Shown here: positions 19,790 to 29,864 of the stretch, piece after piece
Layout: every line of letters begins with the position of its first letter
Position numbering within the stretch: the stretch's first letter is position 1
Assembly (NCBI GenBank): GCA_965261545.1
Contig: CBDHDF010000011.1
Span: 640,001 to 704,000 of the forward strand
Source: Bdellovibrionales bacterium
GTDB taxonomy: Bacteria; Bdellovibrionota; Bdellovibrionia; Bdellovibrionales; UBA1609
Length of the DNA stretch: 64,000 nt
Direction of reading: 5' to 3'
Made by a program: the position numbers and the translations under genes
The notes under the pieces: generated by a model
Told to the model about the DNA's origin: nothing
Database searches by the model: none
What the model saw: the letters and a program-made list of their open reading frames with translations, nothing else

Positions 19790-20434
19790 TTATTTTTTCA
19801 TGGCCACGGTCATGCCTTCCCAAGTGGGAATCATAACGGCTTCGTATTTTTTGTGGTTGGATAAATATTGATTGAATTGTTGTATGGCCTTCAGTTGTTT
19901 TTGAGACACTTGGCTTTGCCCCTCCCCAATGAGGTGACCGAAGAGAAGGGTATTATCGCCGACAATGAAGCCCCCTGGACGAATATGTTCATCCGCCCAG
20001 CGCAAGTATGTCATGTATCCCGCCTTATCGGCGTCAATAAAGATCATGTCGTACATGCCGTGGAGTTGGGAAAGGAGGTCTGGGGCCTCTCCCAAAAGGA
20101 GTTCTATGCGATTCCACTGGGGGGTGGGTTCCAGTAGCTTCTGGGCTTTTTGGTGATGTTCTGGATTTTTCTCAAGGGAGATAATTTTTCCACCCTTGGG
20201 GAGAGCTTGGGCCATCCACAAAGTGGAGTATCCATAAAGGGTTCCCACTTCAATGATGTCTTTGGCCTGGAGGACTTGAATCCAAAAACTGAGGAGCCGC
20301 CCTTCATAGGGAGAGATGTGGATTCCCTGCTTATCATTCTTAGCAAGAGCTTCTTTGATTTTTAACAAGTGGAAGCTTTCTTGAGCAAAGGTTTTGTTGA
20401 TATACTGATCTCTTAGAGAGAATTTGTGGCGCAT
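19790..20434 (-). CDS. SAM-dependent O-methyltransferase (caffeoyl-CoA OMT/YrrM-like)
   Basis: IEVGTLYGYSTLWMA, DMIFIDADK, GGFIVGDN. Confidence 0.9.
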   Translation of the reverse strand: MRHKFSLRDQYINKTFAQESFHLLKIKEALAKNDKQGIHISPYEGRLLSFWIQVLQAKDIIEVGTLYGYSTLWMAQALPKGGKIISLEKNPEHHQKAQKLLEPTPQWNRIELLLGEAPDLLSQLHGMYDMIFIDADKAGYMTYLRWADEHIRPGGFIVGDNTLLFGHLIGEGQSQVSQKQLKAIQQFNQYLSNHKKYEAVMIPTWEGMTVAMKK

Positions 20435-20461
20435 AAATAAAACAAATTCCTTAGAGGAGTT

Positions 20462-20510
20462 ACCTGAATTCCCCTCCAGTTATAACTAGGTTTCAAGACT
20501 AAAGTCCCGA
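20462..20510 (-). repeat. Dispersed repeat family copy
   Basis: Reverse complement ggactttagtcttgaaacctagttataactggaggggaattcaggt matches the 18245 and 14542-14587 copies. Confidence 0.75.
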
Positions 20511-20563
20511 GAAATCCAGGACTAAAGGCGTTCATGTGTGAATAGTAATGGTCTCCTGAGTTT

Positions 20564-23377
20564 TCATAGTTGTTTGTGCTCTGGCCAGAGTTCTGTCCAG
20601 TGCATCATTGGATTGGTATGTTGTTGAAACTCCTGTTGAACCTCTTTGTCCATGCTGATTGTGACTTGCTCAAGAGCGGTTTCAGCCAGAGCCTTCCCAC
20701 AGGCTCTCACAATGGCTTCACTATCGATATCGTGGTATTTGTAGACGTCTTTGGGGCGTCCACAGCGGGAGTGTTTGCGTACGGCGAGGGCCTCCTGTTT
20801 TACTCCCACAATGGAGCCAATATTATCGAGTAAGCCAGGCTCTCCATCGTGAACACTCACAATGGGCACTCGGCGACCGGCAAAGGTGGCGACCTCCGAG
20901 GCGTGGAGAGCTCCGTTGAGTTGGGGTTGTAAATAAAGATGGGAGTTGATGTTTAATTCTTCTTTGAGGTAACGGAAATCATTAGCTGCACCTAGATTTC
21001 CCACGAGAAGGTCTGGGCTTGTCACAATGATAACATTGGCGTAGATACCTCGTGTTAAGAGTTCGTCCGAAGCTTTGAGGGCCTCTGTTCCCATACTTCC
21101 CATGGCAAATATATGGACAACATTGTCTCCCGGTTCATAACCCACATAGCCCTCGTAGCGAATGAGATCATAAGCCCCAGATAAAACTTCTTTGCGCCAC
21201 TGAGATAGGATGTTTGTCTCTGGCCATGGAGTCATTTGGGATTCATCCGTCGTATTATATTTTCTTTGAGCCTTGAGGCGTTTCAAAAGATCTTTTTGCT
21301 CCACTCCGCGGGTTACGCCTCGAATAAAAACTCCATTGCGATTGTGATTGTCGTTCATAATGTGACGCTTGATGGAATCACAGAGAATCCAATCGAGTTC
21401 TTGGCAGTAAAAGGGCTCCCAAGTAATTTGATTGGGAATTTGAATATCTGATTTCCAACCGTGTTGAGCTCCTTCAGGGGAAAGAGTGACCCCCGATGGA
21501 GTTCCCACGAGAATAAAACTTGAACCCCAGTAAAGATTATAAAAGTATTGATCCAGGGCTCGTTTGACAAAGAAATCATAAACGGTCATGAGAGGGAGCA
21601 GGGGAATTCCCAGCACATCCCGGAGCTTTCCATAGGAGCCCATGCAGGACATGACATTGGCTTCGGCAATGTCAAAGCGAATAAAGCGATGGCTTTGGCT
21701 TTCACGGGGAACAAGGTCAGGCATCTTTTTATCTTTGACGTCGAGTTTTGCCTCAATGTCATCAGTGACATGGGAGCCAAAAATTTTGCCATCCATGGTG
21801 GGATTGAGGTTCGTGCTTGTTCCTACGTCAGGGGCCATAGCGACCATGAGTTCCCCAGAAAGTTTCCAAGACTTTTCAAAGTCATTAAGGGGCTTTTGTT
21901 TTTCAGCGAGTTGAGATTCCTCTAAGGGTGTGTTGGCAATACGAGTTAATTTCGAGGTTAGCTGCCCCAGCATCCATTGAGTGTGAGGATAGCTTGCCAT
22001 CTTTAAATTGACATGAAGTGTTTCGGGGATATCCCCAAAATTGGTGGCTTGAGATAAAAACTTTTTTTGGTTTCTTTCTTTCATACGATGTTGCTCTAGA
22101 ATTTCTTTATAGAGCTGTTGACCACGCTTGTGAAGAAACGTCCCCTCCTTGGAGGATTTTGAGAATCGTCCAAAAGGCTCTGTCAAACCTTGTTTATCAC
22201 GAAGTTGGTTCATCTCCTTCTCACTGGGCAAAGAAGAATGATTGCCCGAAGCCGCCGCCATTTCAAGCCCCCAGCCCTTGATGGTGTGAACGATGATAAA
22301 GCAGGGTCTTTTCTGGTTTTTCTTTGACTGCTCCATGGCCTCCACAAGGCTTTGAATATCGTGTCCCCCCATATCGTGGATGGCTTTTTGGAAGTCTGTA
22401 TCGCTGATAGAATTTAAGAATTTATTTAATTTTTTAAATTTATTTTTAACATGGGTCTTCAGTTTTTCGGGGGAGTTTACAAGAAGAAGGGACTGGAGTT
22501 CGTAGTCAGTGAGTTCTTTTTCCAACCAATTTTGAAAGGCGACTCCCTCTTTTTGAGAAAATAAAGCTTGTCTCCACTGACCATGGCGAACTTGAATGAC
22601 ATCCCAGCCGTTGGCTTCCATGGTTTTTTGAATGCGAATGTCATCGTTACCACTCATAATTTCGGGGTGGGTAATGCGGTGACCATCTAAACTTTGGCGA
22701 TTGTAGTCAATGATCCAAGTGAGATTTCCAAGTTCTCTTTCGGCAAAATCGGGAATGGCTTCAAACAGAGAGCCCTCCCGAAACTCTGCATCTCCCATCA
22801 CAGCCCAAAAATGGGCCGTCCCTGGAACTTCATATCCATGGTTTTTGGCATAGCGGTAGGCATGGGCCAAATACCCTGCCTGCACAGGGGGAATCCCCAC
22901 CGTGCCCGAGGGAAAGAAATTATGGTGATCGGGATCGTAGGACGAATGGTAAGATTGAAAAACGTACTCACCACTCTGGGGAAAGGCCCTCAATCCGGAC
23001 ATGGCTTGGTGGGCCTCTTCAAGGCTGAGTTTGGATAAATCCTGTTTTAAAAAAAGGTTAAGGAGGTAGTTATAGGCGTGATCCGTGGGTGAAGCATGGG
23101 GTTTATTGGCCAAATGATCAAAACCTGTCTTACAAAATAGGTGAAGGGCACCCATAATGTGGAGGGTGCTGGTGGATCCCGCAGAGTGTCCCCCCACCTT
23201 GGGGTCTCCTTTTTCTTTGTCTTTGCGATGGTTGGCCATATAAATCATTTGGTTGATAAGGTAGTGAGTTCGCTGAACAATGGAGTCTATGATAGAGTGG
23301 TTTATAGAATGGGTTATAGAAGGGTCAGTGGAAGAGTTTGTGGCAAAAATATCCGTTGGGTCCATTTGATTTCTCAT
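20564..23377 (-). CDS. aceE: Pyruvate dehydrogenase E1 component (AceE/transketolase-like homodimeric type)
   Basis: KVGGH, GDAEFREG...DYNRQSLDG TPP motif, HTIKGWG, IAEAN, GTPSGVTLSPEGAQH. Confidence 0.88.
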   Translation of the reverse strand: MRNQMDPTDIFATNSSTDPSITHSINHSIIDSIVQRTHYLINQMIYMANHRKDKEKGDPKVGGHSAGSTSTLHIMGALHLFCKTGFDHLANKPHASPTDHAYNYLLNLFLKQDLSKLSLEEAHQAMSGLRAFPQSGEYVFQSYHSSYDPDHHNFFPSGTVGIPPVQAGYLAHAYRYAKNHGYEVPGTAHFWAVMGDAEFREGSLFEAIPDFAERELGNLTWIIDYNRQSLDGHRITHPEIMSGNDDIRIQKTMEANGWDVIQVRHGQWRQALFSQKEGVAFQNWLEKELTDYELQSLLLVNSPEKLKTHVKNKFKKLNKFLNSISDTDFQKAIHDMGGHDIQSLVEAMEQSKKNQKRPCFIIVHTIKGWGLEMAAASGNHSSLPSEKEMNQLRDKQGLTEPFGRFSKSSKEGTFLHKRGQQLYKEILEQHRMKERNQKKFLSQATNFGDIPETLHVNLKMASYPHTQWMLGQLTSKLTRIANTPLEESQLAEKQKPLNDFEKSWKLSGELMVAMAPDVGTSTNLNPTMDGKIFGSHVTDDIEAKLDVKDKKMPDLVPRESQSHRFIRFDIAEANVMSCMGSYGKLRDVLGIPLLPLMTVYDFFVKRALDQYFYNLYWGSSFILVGTPSGVTLSPEGAQHGWKSDIQIPNQITWEPFYCQELDWILCDSIKRHIMNDNHNRNGVFIRGVTRGVEQKDLLKRLKAQRKYNTTDESQMTPWPETNILSQWRKEVLSGAYDLIRYEGYVGYEPGDNVVHIFAMGSMGTEALKASDELLTRGIYANVIIVTSPDLLVGNLGAANDFRYLKEELNINSHLYLQPQLNGALHASEVATFAGRRVPIVSVHDGEPGLLDNIGSIVGVKQEALAVRKHSRCGRPKDVYKYHDIDSEAIVRACGKALAETALEQVTISMDKEVQQEFQQHTNPMMHWTELWPEHKQL

Positions 23378-23484
23378 GTGTGATTCTCCAAAAGTTTAGA
23401 TTTACTAATTTAATATAGATGTAAATATTTTATTCAATTACTTACTTAGTTTTACTTAACTTTACTCTTATTCAAGTGTTTTAT

Positions 23485-24153
23485 TTAAATAAAATTGAGC
23501 GGGGTTATGCCGTCTTGAGTATTTTCACAGTAATAGCCTCCACGCCTGATAAAGCTGCCATGGGGTAGAAGCTGAACATTTTTGTTGGGGGGGGCATCCC
23601 CCTTTACGTAGATGAAAGGTAGAAAGTGTCCCTTGGGGCAATGTTTGCGTAGAAGCTTGTAGCGAATTCTGAATTCAGGCAAGGCAGGGTTGGTAAATTT
23701 GGTCTGTATTTCAAGGGCCTTCTCACAGACAATCATTTGATTCGAGCGAACTTTGCGCTGAACTTTGAGAACATCTTGTGGATCTGACTTGTAACGACGG
23801 CCTGGAAAGACGCATATCACATGAACAGTTTCATCGAAGTAGGAACCTTCTCCATCGGGGTAAGCACTTGAAAGACCATTGTAAAAGGCCATGGATCCTA
23901 CACGGGGGCCGTTTCTTCGATTTGAAGCACGAATGTCTTCTCCCTTGTCAAAGTTGATATCGTAGGTTTTACTGGCATGATCGTAGATATGGATGGTTGT
24001 TTGAGTGGCTGTTTGTGTGGTGACTGAGGTGGTCGTTTGGGGAGTTGCTTGCGTTGCGGAGACATTGAGTATGCCAATGCCAATGTTTATGCAGGATAAA
24101 AGTAGAGTGGCGAGTAAAGTTCTTATCATTTTTTTTATTTTTATAAGCTTCAT
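23485..24153 (-). CDS. Hypothetical secreted protein with Thr/Gln-rich linker
   Basis: Signal-like N-terminus, TQATPQTTTSVTTQT linker, four Cys in the mature domain. Confidence 0.6.
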   Translation of the reverse strand: MKLIKIKKMIRTLLATLLLSCINIGIGILNVSATQATPQTTTSVTTQTATQTTIHIYDHASKTYDINFDKGEDIRASNRRNGPRVGSMAFYNGLSSAYPDGEGSYFDETVHVICVFPGRRYKSDPQDVLKVQRKVRSNQMIVCEKALEIQTKFTNPALPEFRIRYKLLRKHCPKGHFLPFIYVKGDAPPNKNVQLLPHGSFIRRGGYYCENTQDGITPLNFI

Positions 24154-24179
24154 AGTATTTTATATTATACCTCATTTTA

Positions 24180-25322
24180 TTATACCTCCAAGATAAAGTC
24201 CCATCGAATTCTGATTTTACCATCTTTTTCAACAATACCTTTGGGTGGGTTGGGGAATGGTTCTGCGGCCCGAAAAGCTTCCACTGCGGCACTGTCGAGG
24301 TCGCGCCAACTGCTTTTTTCAAGCACTTGAACTTTTTCAAGCTGTCCTTGATGATTGAGAACGATCATCACTTTTGTAATGTGATTTTGAGTGGAGGCAA
24401 TCCTCCTGCCCTGGCGAAAGAGGTGCCTGACTTTTTGCTCAATGGCGGGTTCCCAAAGAAACTGAATTTTATTGCGAATTCTTTGGTAGTAGGTATAAAA
24501 GGCAAACTCACGGGTGTTTAAAAGAGTTTGAAGGCCCTTCTCTTTGTCTTTCAAATAGTCTCGGCTCGCACTCTCACGCCCAGATTTTCCTTTCTGGATA
24601 AGGGGCTGGTCAGAAGACTCAGCATTAGCACTTGGAGTGGGTGGAGGTGTTGAAGGAGGAGAGGTCTTATGAGCTTGAAGATTCACTTTTGGCAAAAGGT
24701 CTTTGAGGGATGGAGGAGGTGAAGTCACTGTGGGAAGATCATTGGCCTGAAGGCTAAGGCGATTGCTATTCTTAAGGGGGGGGGGTGGTTGGGGCTTTGT
24801 AACGGTAGGCTTTTGGGTGGATGTTTCGGGCGTTGTCGTTATGTGGGGAGGCTGCGGGGGGGGCGTCGTTGGGGTAGATTTTTGGGGTACTTCTTTGGCA
24901 ACTCTTGGGGGGGCGGGGCTTGGGTTTTGTTTTTTAGGGGGTGGGGGAGATTGACTTCGTGTATTGTTTGAAACTCCTTTTCCAGCCTCATTGTTAAAAT
25001 CACCAACTTTTTCCGCACGAGTTTCTTTTTCAACACTTTGATTTTCAGCACTGAGATACTTGGCCTCTTTGGGTTTCCTTTTGTCCTTTGAATTGATTTG
25101 CTCCACGACTTGCCGGACTTTTTTCTTGGGGAGAGGAGCAAGAGAAGGTGGAGGGTCGAGAACTAAAATTTCTATATTTTCTTCCTGGATTTTGGTCGTA
25201 GTCGATGTATGAAATGGTCGTTTGAAGTGAGAAAAAGAGAGCAAAACGCCCCAAAGTAGACTATGAGCCAACATGGAGCTAATAAGAGCTATGGCGAGAG
25301 GTTTGGAGTATTTCTTAAGCAC
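24180..25322 (-). CDS. TonB/TolA family protein
   Basis: TM with S-x3-H motif, Pro-rich linker, C-terminal SSWRDLDSAAVEAFRAAEPFPNPP. Confidence 0.88.
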   Translation of the reverse strand: MLKKYSKPLAIALISSMLAHSLLWGVLLSFSHFKRPFHTSTTTKIQEENIEILVLDPPPSLAPLPKKKVRQVVEQINSKDKRKPKEAKYLSAENQSVEKETRAEKVGDFNNEAGKGVSNNTRSQSPPPPKKQNPSPAPPRVAKEVPQKSTPTTPPPQPPHITTTPETSTQKPTVTKPQPPPPLKNSNRLSLQANDLPTVTSPPPSLKDLLPKVNLQAHKTSPPSTPPPTPSANAESSDQPLIQKGKSGRESASRDYLKDKEKGLQTLLNTREFAFYTYYQRIRNKIQFLWEPAIEQKVRHLFRQGRRIASTQNHITKVMIVLNHQGQLEKVQVLEKSSWRDLDSAAVEAFRAAEPFPNPPKGIVEKDGKIRIRWDFILEV

Positions 25323-25328
25323 AATGGC

Positions 25329-25356
25329 TTATCGGTTGTTTGGCGGGGGGTTTTGA
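25329..25356 (-). promoter_or_regulatory. Candidate sigma28 (FliA)-like promoter for the TonB gene
   Basis: TCAA-N16-ACCGATAA on the minus strand, ending a few nt before the GTG start. Confidence 0.4.
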
Positions 25357-25395
25357 GTCATAGCTGTGAGAAATTTGGGTCTAGGGAGACGCTTA

Positions 25396-25424
25396 TTGAC
25401 GTAAATCAAGGAAGTGCTTACAAT
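25396..25424 (+). promoter_or_regulatory. sigma70 promoter for the PP2C gene
   Basis: TTGACG-N17-TACAAT. Confidence 0.7.
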
Positions 25425-25444
25425 CACTAAATGCAGGTAAAAGA

Positions 25445-26170
25445 ATGCAGGTAGAAGCTTGGGCAAAAACAGATGTTGGTTTACGTCGGGAGAGCAACCA
25501 AGATAGTATTTTGGTGGAAAAGGACATTGGCTTATTTATTGTCGCTGATGGCATGGGTGGTCATAAAGGCGGAGAAGTTGCCTCAGCTATAGCCGTAGAG
25601 GTCATTTATGAGATGGTTCTTGAGGAAACCAAAAAGAAAAAGCCTGTTTCCCCCTATTTCTTTTTGTCTAAAGCCTACGAAGAGGCTTCTATGAGAATCC
25701 ATAACACAAGTGCTTTTGAAAAGCCGGAACTAAAGGGTATGGGGACAACCTTGGTCACAGGACTGATTTGGGGTCGCTCTGTTTATATCGCCAATGTGGG
25801 AGATTCCCGCACCTACCTTTTTCGAAATCCCTACCTTTGGCAGCTGACAGAAGACCATTCGTTGGTGTACGAGCAGCAAAAGGCTGGGTTCATCCAACAA
25901 GACTCAGAAAATATAATGGGAAAAAATGTAATAACACGAAGTGTCGGATTTGAAAAAGATATCTTGGTGGATATCCTAGAGAGGAAAACTCAAGCGGGAG
26001 AGTCGTTTTTAATGTGCTCCGATGGGCTTACAGGCATGGTTTCTGATAGTGGGATTGCAAAAATACTTCAAGAGAATGCCTCTCAAGAAGCTGTTTCCCT
26101 TTGTGTGGATGAAGCCAAAAAAAATGGCGGAGATGATAATATTTCTGTGATTATTTTTTCTTTAAAATGA
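25445..26170 (+). CDS. PP2C-family Ser/Thr protein phosphatase (Stp1/PrpC)
   Basis: TDVGLRRESNQD, VADGMGGH, GMGTT, NVGDSR, TEDHS, CSDGL, GGDDNIS. Confidence 0.95.
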   Translation: MQVEAWAKTDVGLRRESNQDSILVEKDIGLFIVADGMGGHKGGEVASAIAVEVIYEMVLEETKKKKPVSPYFFLSKAYEEASMRIHNTSAFEKPELKGMGTTLVTGLIWGRSVYIANVGDSRTYLFRNPYLWQLTEDHSLVYEQQKAGFIQQDSENIMGKNVITRSVGFEKDILVDILERKTQAGESFLMCSDGLTGMVSDSGIAKILQENASQEAVSLCVDEAKKNGGDDNISVIIFSLK

Positions 26171-26261
26171 ATGATAAATGATAACGAATGATAGTATATG
26201 ATATAGATATATAGGTATAGATACGTTATTTTATAACAATGAGAAATAAAGGTGAATCATT

Positions 26262-27311
26262 ATGATGAGCCCACTTCACAAGGGCCCTAAAGGCGACAAA
26301 AATAGGAATAGGAGTAGGAAGTCGTACACTTTGTGGGTTACCAGTAACCGCAAGGGCCAAGTTCATAGCTTTTCTCTCTCTTCAGGTATTTTGAATTTAG
26401 CGGGGGGCTTCCTATCTGTGGTGATGTTTCTATTGACGGCCATAGTTATTGACTATGTCATTTTGCGACTTCAGGTCAATGAGAGCCAAAAATTGCGTTT
26501 TGAAAACAGATCCCTGCAGCGTCAGATGGCTGTGGTGGATAGCAAGGTGAGGTCCCTTGAAGCAAGCCTTGAAAGAATCAAAAGTTTTTCGACCAAGCTG
26601 AAGCTGATTACCAGTGTTGGCGATGAGGATCGTGCAATGAAATTAAATGTGGGTATGAACCTTCAAGGGGGCGCTCACCTAGACTCCCCCCCCCTGAGGA
26701 CTTCTAGAAAACCGGCTTCGTCGGATTTTGAGATGGATGCCATGTTTCTGGGCTCAAAGGCCCCTCCTGCCCAAGGGTATGGAGAGCTTGTTGAAGAAAG
26801 CAAGGACTATTCCACTCTTTCCATCCGTATTGATCGCACTATGGGAGAAGCAGAGCTTCGCGAACAAAATGTCTTAGAACTCTACGAAAATCTGATTCAG
26901 AGACAAAGTTTACTCAATGCAACACCTAGTATTCGACCTGTTCACGGCTGGAATACCTCCAGTTTTGGATATCGTATTGATCCTTTTTCAGGCTTTAAGG
27001 AAATGCATAAAGGGTTGGATATAGCAGCCTCACAAGGGACCCCTGTTTATGCCTCCGCCCACGGTGTTGTTTCTTATATTGGCCATGAGAGGGGTTATGG
27101 CAAGATTGTGAGTATTGACCATGGCTATGGTGTGAAAACTCGTTATGCGCACAATTCCAAGGTCTTTGTTGAACTGGGCCAAAAGGTTCGACGTCGTGAT
27201 CGGATTGCTGCGGTGGGAAACACGGGACGCTCTTCAGGCCCTCACCTTCACTATGAGGTTCGTATCAATGGTGTGCCCGTGGATCCTAAAAATTATATTT
27301 TCATCGAGTAG
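26262..27311 (+). CDS. M23 family metallopeptidase with TM and coiled coil
   Basis: HKGLD, YAHN, STG-like RSSGPHLHYEV. Confidence 0.93.
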   Translation: MMSPLHKGPKGDKNRNRSRKSYTLWVTSNRKGQVHSFSLSSGILNLAGGFLSVVMFLLTAIVIDYVILRLQVNESQKLRFENRSLQRQMAVVDSKVRSLEASLERIKSFSTKLKLITSVGDEDRAMKLNVGMNLQGGAHLDSPPLRTSRKPASSDFEMDAMFLGSKAPPAQGYGELVEESKDYSTLSIRIDRTMGEAELREQNVLELYENLIQRQSLLNATPSIRPVHGWNTSSFGYRIDPFSGFKEMHKGLDIAASQGTPVYASAHGVVSYIGHERGYGKIVSIDHGYGVKTRYAHNSKVFVELGQKVRRRDRIAAVGNTGRSSGPHLHYEVRINGVPVDPKNYIFIE

Positions 27312-27326
27312 CAGAGCCATTGGGTT

Positions 27327-28103
27327 GTGAGCGTGAAAGTCAAAATGCTTCTTTCTTACGATGGGACAGGCTTTGGGGGGTGGCAGCGTCAAAAATCAGG
27401 GCGACCTACAGTTCAAGGTTCTTTAGAGGAAGCTCTCCATCAAATTTTCAATGAATTTGTGGGAATATGTGGCTCGGGGAGAACAGATGCAGGAGTTCAT
27501 GCTCGAGGGCAGGTGGCCCACTTTGTGGCCCCCCGAAAGTTTGAGGGCAACAAGCTTCTCTATGGACTTAATTCCTTAACCCCCAAGGAAGTAGCTGTTC
27601 GCGGCCTATGGGAGGTTCCTCAAGATTTTCATGCCATGGCTTCGGCGGAAAAAAAAACCTATATTTATACTTTTTACCACTCCTCCACTCCCTGTCCCTT
27701 TAGGCAAAGATTTAGCGTTTGGTGTCCTAGGGAGTTTGACCTCAATCTTCTCAATAGTTACTCTCAAGCCTTGGTGGGTTGCCATGACTTTCAAAGTTTC
27801 CAAAATAGTGGCTCCATTGTTAAAAATACGGTGAGAAGGATTTGGGGGACCCATTGGGAGCGGTCCTCCCATGGAGAAATAACATTTTGCATTACTGGCA
27901 GTGGGTTTTTGCGGCAAATGGTGCGAAATATTGTAGGGACATTTTTAGAGCTTCACCACAGAGGGGCGCCACCATCTGATGTTGTGGGGATTCTTCGAGC
28001 TTGCGACCGGAGAAAAGCTGGCACCACAGCTTTACCTAAGGGGCTTTGCTTGGATTCAGTTTCTTACCCCGAGGAACTTGACAATTATTGCCGTAAGCTT
28101 TAA
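27327..28103 (+). CDS. truA: tRNA pseudouridine(38-40) synthase
   Basis: YDGTGFGGWQRQ, SGRTDAGVHARGQ, GFLRQMVRNIVG. Confidence 0.97.
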   Translation: MSVKVKMLLSYDGTGFGGWQRQKSGRPTVQGSLEEALHQIFNEFVGICGSGRTDAGVHARGQVAHFVAPRKFEGNKLLYGLNSLTPKEVAVRGLWEVPQDFHAMASAEKKTYIYTFYHSSTPCPFRQRFSVWCPREFDLNLLNSYSQALVGCHDFQSFQNSGSIVKNTVRRIWGTHWERSSHGEITFCITGSGFLRQMVRNIVGTFLELHHRGAPPSDVVGILRACDRRKAGTTALPKGLCLDSVSYPEELDNYCRKL

Positions 28104-28106
28104 CTT
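28078..28106 (+). promoter_or_regulatory. sigma70 promoter for rplM-rpsI, embedded in the truA 3' end
   Basis: TTGACA-N17-TAACTT. Confidence 0.6.
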
Positions 28107-28218
28107 CCCATGGTTAGGTGATGATAGTGAGTTGGTAGTGAGTGATTGAGTGGAGGTTCAGGGAATGAATCAGAGCCAGAGAATGAGATTAAGGTCAAGG
28201 TAAGGGAGTTAGTTAAAG

Positions 28219-28677
28219 ATGCGAACTTGGAGTGCAAAACCAAATGAAGTAAAGCGAGACTGGTGGGTTGTGGATGCCGATGGCCAAGTTTGTGGTCGAC
28301 TCGCCACCCAAGTGGCAAATATCCTGCGTGGGAAGCATAAACCTCAGTTCACTCCCCATGTGGACACCGGTGATTTTGTCATTGTTTTGAATTGTGAAAA
28401 AATTAAACTCACCGGGAACAAGAAAGAAAGCAAAATATACTATAAACATACAGGTTTTGTTGGCTCCCTCAAGGAGAAAACGGCCCAACAAGTTCTCGAT
28501 GAGAATCCAGAGCAGGTTGTCACTCAAGCCGTTCGAGGAATGTTGCCTAAGAATCGATTGTCCCGTAAGTTAATAAAGAAATTGAAAGTTTACAAAGGTG
28601 ATAAGCACCCTCATTTGGCTCAAAACCCCAAGGCCATGGGTGGATTTATGGGTGAAGGGGTGAAGGAAGCACCATGA
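28219..28677 (+). CDS. rplM: 50S ribosomal protein L13
   Basis: [28 protein letters not shown]. Confidence 0.98.
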   Translation: MRTWSAKPNEVKRDWWVVDADGQVCGRLATQVANILRGKHKPQFTPHVDTGDFVIVLNCEKIKLTGNKKESKIYYKHTGFVGSLKEKTAQQVLDENPEQVVTQAVRGMLPKNRLSRKLIKKLKVYKGDKHPHLAQNPKAMGGFMGEGVKEAP

Positions 28678-29075
28678 ACAATACAGAGGAAAAAGTTTTT
28701 TACGCCACTGGAAAACGCAAAACAAGTGCAGCAAGAGTTTTTCTACGCCTTGGTTCGGGAAAGATCACCGTCAATGGTCGTTCTATTAGGGACTATATTC
28801 AAACAGATGCTGGCCGAGTTACAGCCCTTTCACCTCTTGCTCTTACAGGTACAAAGTCTCAGTTTGATATTTATATAACAGTCCAAGGTGGCGGCACAAC
28901 AGGGCAAGTGGGAGCTGTAAGGCATGGTATTTCCAAAGCCCTTTTGGCCTATGATGAAAGCCACCGTGAAAAGCTTAAAAAGGTGGGCTTTTTAACAAGG
29001 GACTCTCGTATGGTGGAGCGTAAAAAGTACGGTCTTCACAAAGCGCGACGCTCTTCTCAGTTCTCCAAACGCTAA
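28674..29075 (+). CDS. rpsI: 30S ribosomal protein S9
   Basis: [32 protein letters not shown]. Confidence 0.98.
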   Translation: MNNTEEKVFYATGKRKTSAARVFLRLGSGKITVNGRSIRDYIQTDAGRVTALSPLALTGTKSQFDIYITVQGGGTTGQVGAVRHGISKALLAYDESHREKLKKVGFLTRDSRMVERKKYGLHKARRSSQFSKR

Positions 29076-29137
29076 TAAAGAGAGTTTTTTCGGGTGATTT
29101 ACGGGGGTAAATACAAGTGTAACCACAGGAGATTTTT

Positions 29138-29839
29138 ATGTGTAAAATTATATCTATAACCACCACTCTATTCGCTTTGGCTTTGTTGCCCACCTATGGG
29201 TACTCAGCCATTTCTGAAAGTTCTTATTTAGAGTTTTCAAAGGACCATGAGAATCGTGAGGACCAAAAAGTTGTGGGAGGTATCATTCACACAAGAAACG
29301 ATAAAAGCCAGTGTGGTTTAAAAGTCTCAGATTCTGAGGGTTTAAGCCTCGTTCCATCTTCCTTCTATGTGGCTTCTTTCAATGAAACTTCAAGTCGTAT
29401 GGATGAAATTGACAATATCCTTGCTCTCTATTCAGAGTGTGGCCCAAACGATATAGCTATGATGGGAGAAACCGCAGACCTGGCTGTGGAGGACCCCATG
29501 CAATTGGCCATGCTTCCCCCAGTCGTCGCGGGAGTAGTGACTGCTGCTAAATGGATTTCTGTTGCTATTGGTGCTGGATGTGCAATAGGAGCAACAGGGG
29601 GAGGAGTCGCAGGGGTCGCAGTCAAAGCAGGAGTTAAAGAAGAGTTTGGGATCGCAGCAGGAATCGTAGCAGGAGGAGTCATCGTGGCCATAGGAGAAAC
29701 AACAACAGCGGCCGCATCACCAGTAGGAGCAACAGCTGCAGTCGCAATGGGGGCCGCAGTAGGAGGCGTATTATCTATGATTGCTTGTGCTAAGGGAACT
29801 TATTATTTGCTAACAACCCCAGCCCTTACAACCCCTTGA
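29138..29839 (+). CDS. Secreted hypothetical protein with Gly/Ala-rich hydrophobic (glycine-zipper-like) C-terminal half
   Basis: SD AGGAG, signal peptide, acidic N-domain, then GxxxG-rich helices. Confidence 0.7.
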   Translation: MCKIISITTTLFALALLPTYGYSAISESSYLEFSKDHENREDQKVVGGIIHTRNDKSQCGLKVSDSEGLSLVPSSFYVASFNETSSRMDEIDNILALYSECGPNDIAMMGETADLAVEDPMQLAMLPPVVAGVVTAAKWISVAIGAGCAIGATGGGVAGVAVKAGVKEEFGIAAGIVAGGVIVAIGETTTAAASPVGATAAVAMGAAVGGVLSMIACAKGTYYLLTTPALTTP

Positions 29840-29850
29840 AGCTGGGGTTA
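29830..29850. terminator. Short hairpin between convergent genes
   Basis: aacccc-ttgaagct-ggggtt. Confidence 0.4.
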
Positions 29851-29864
29851 TCTACAGTTAGCTC

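Noticed and set aside
20490..20530. GTTTCAAG...-starting palindromic sequence resembling a CRISPR repeat
   Set aside because: Single copy with no repeat-spacer periodicity; better explained as part of the dispersed repeat family.
24776..24863. Long G tracts (also in purH, M23 and rpoA) as phase-variation switches
   Set aside because: They are in-frame poly-Pro/Gly codons, several in essential genes, consistent with the general low-complexity bias; no frameshift is seen.
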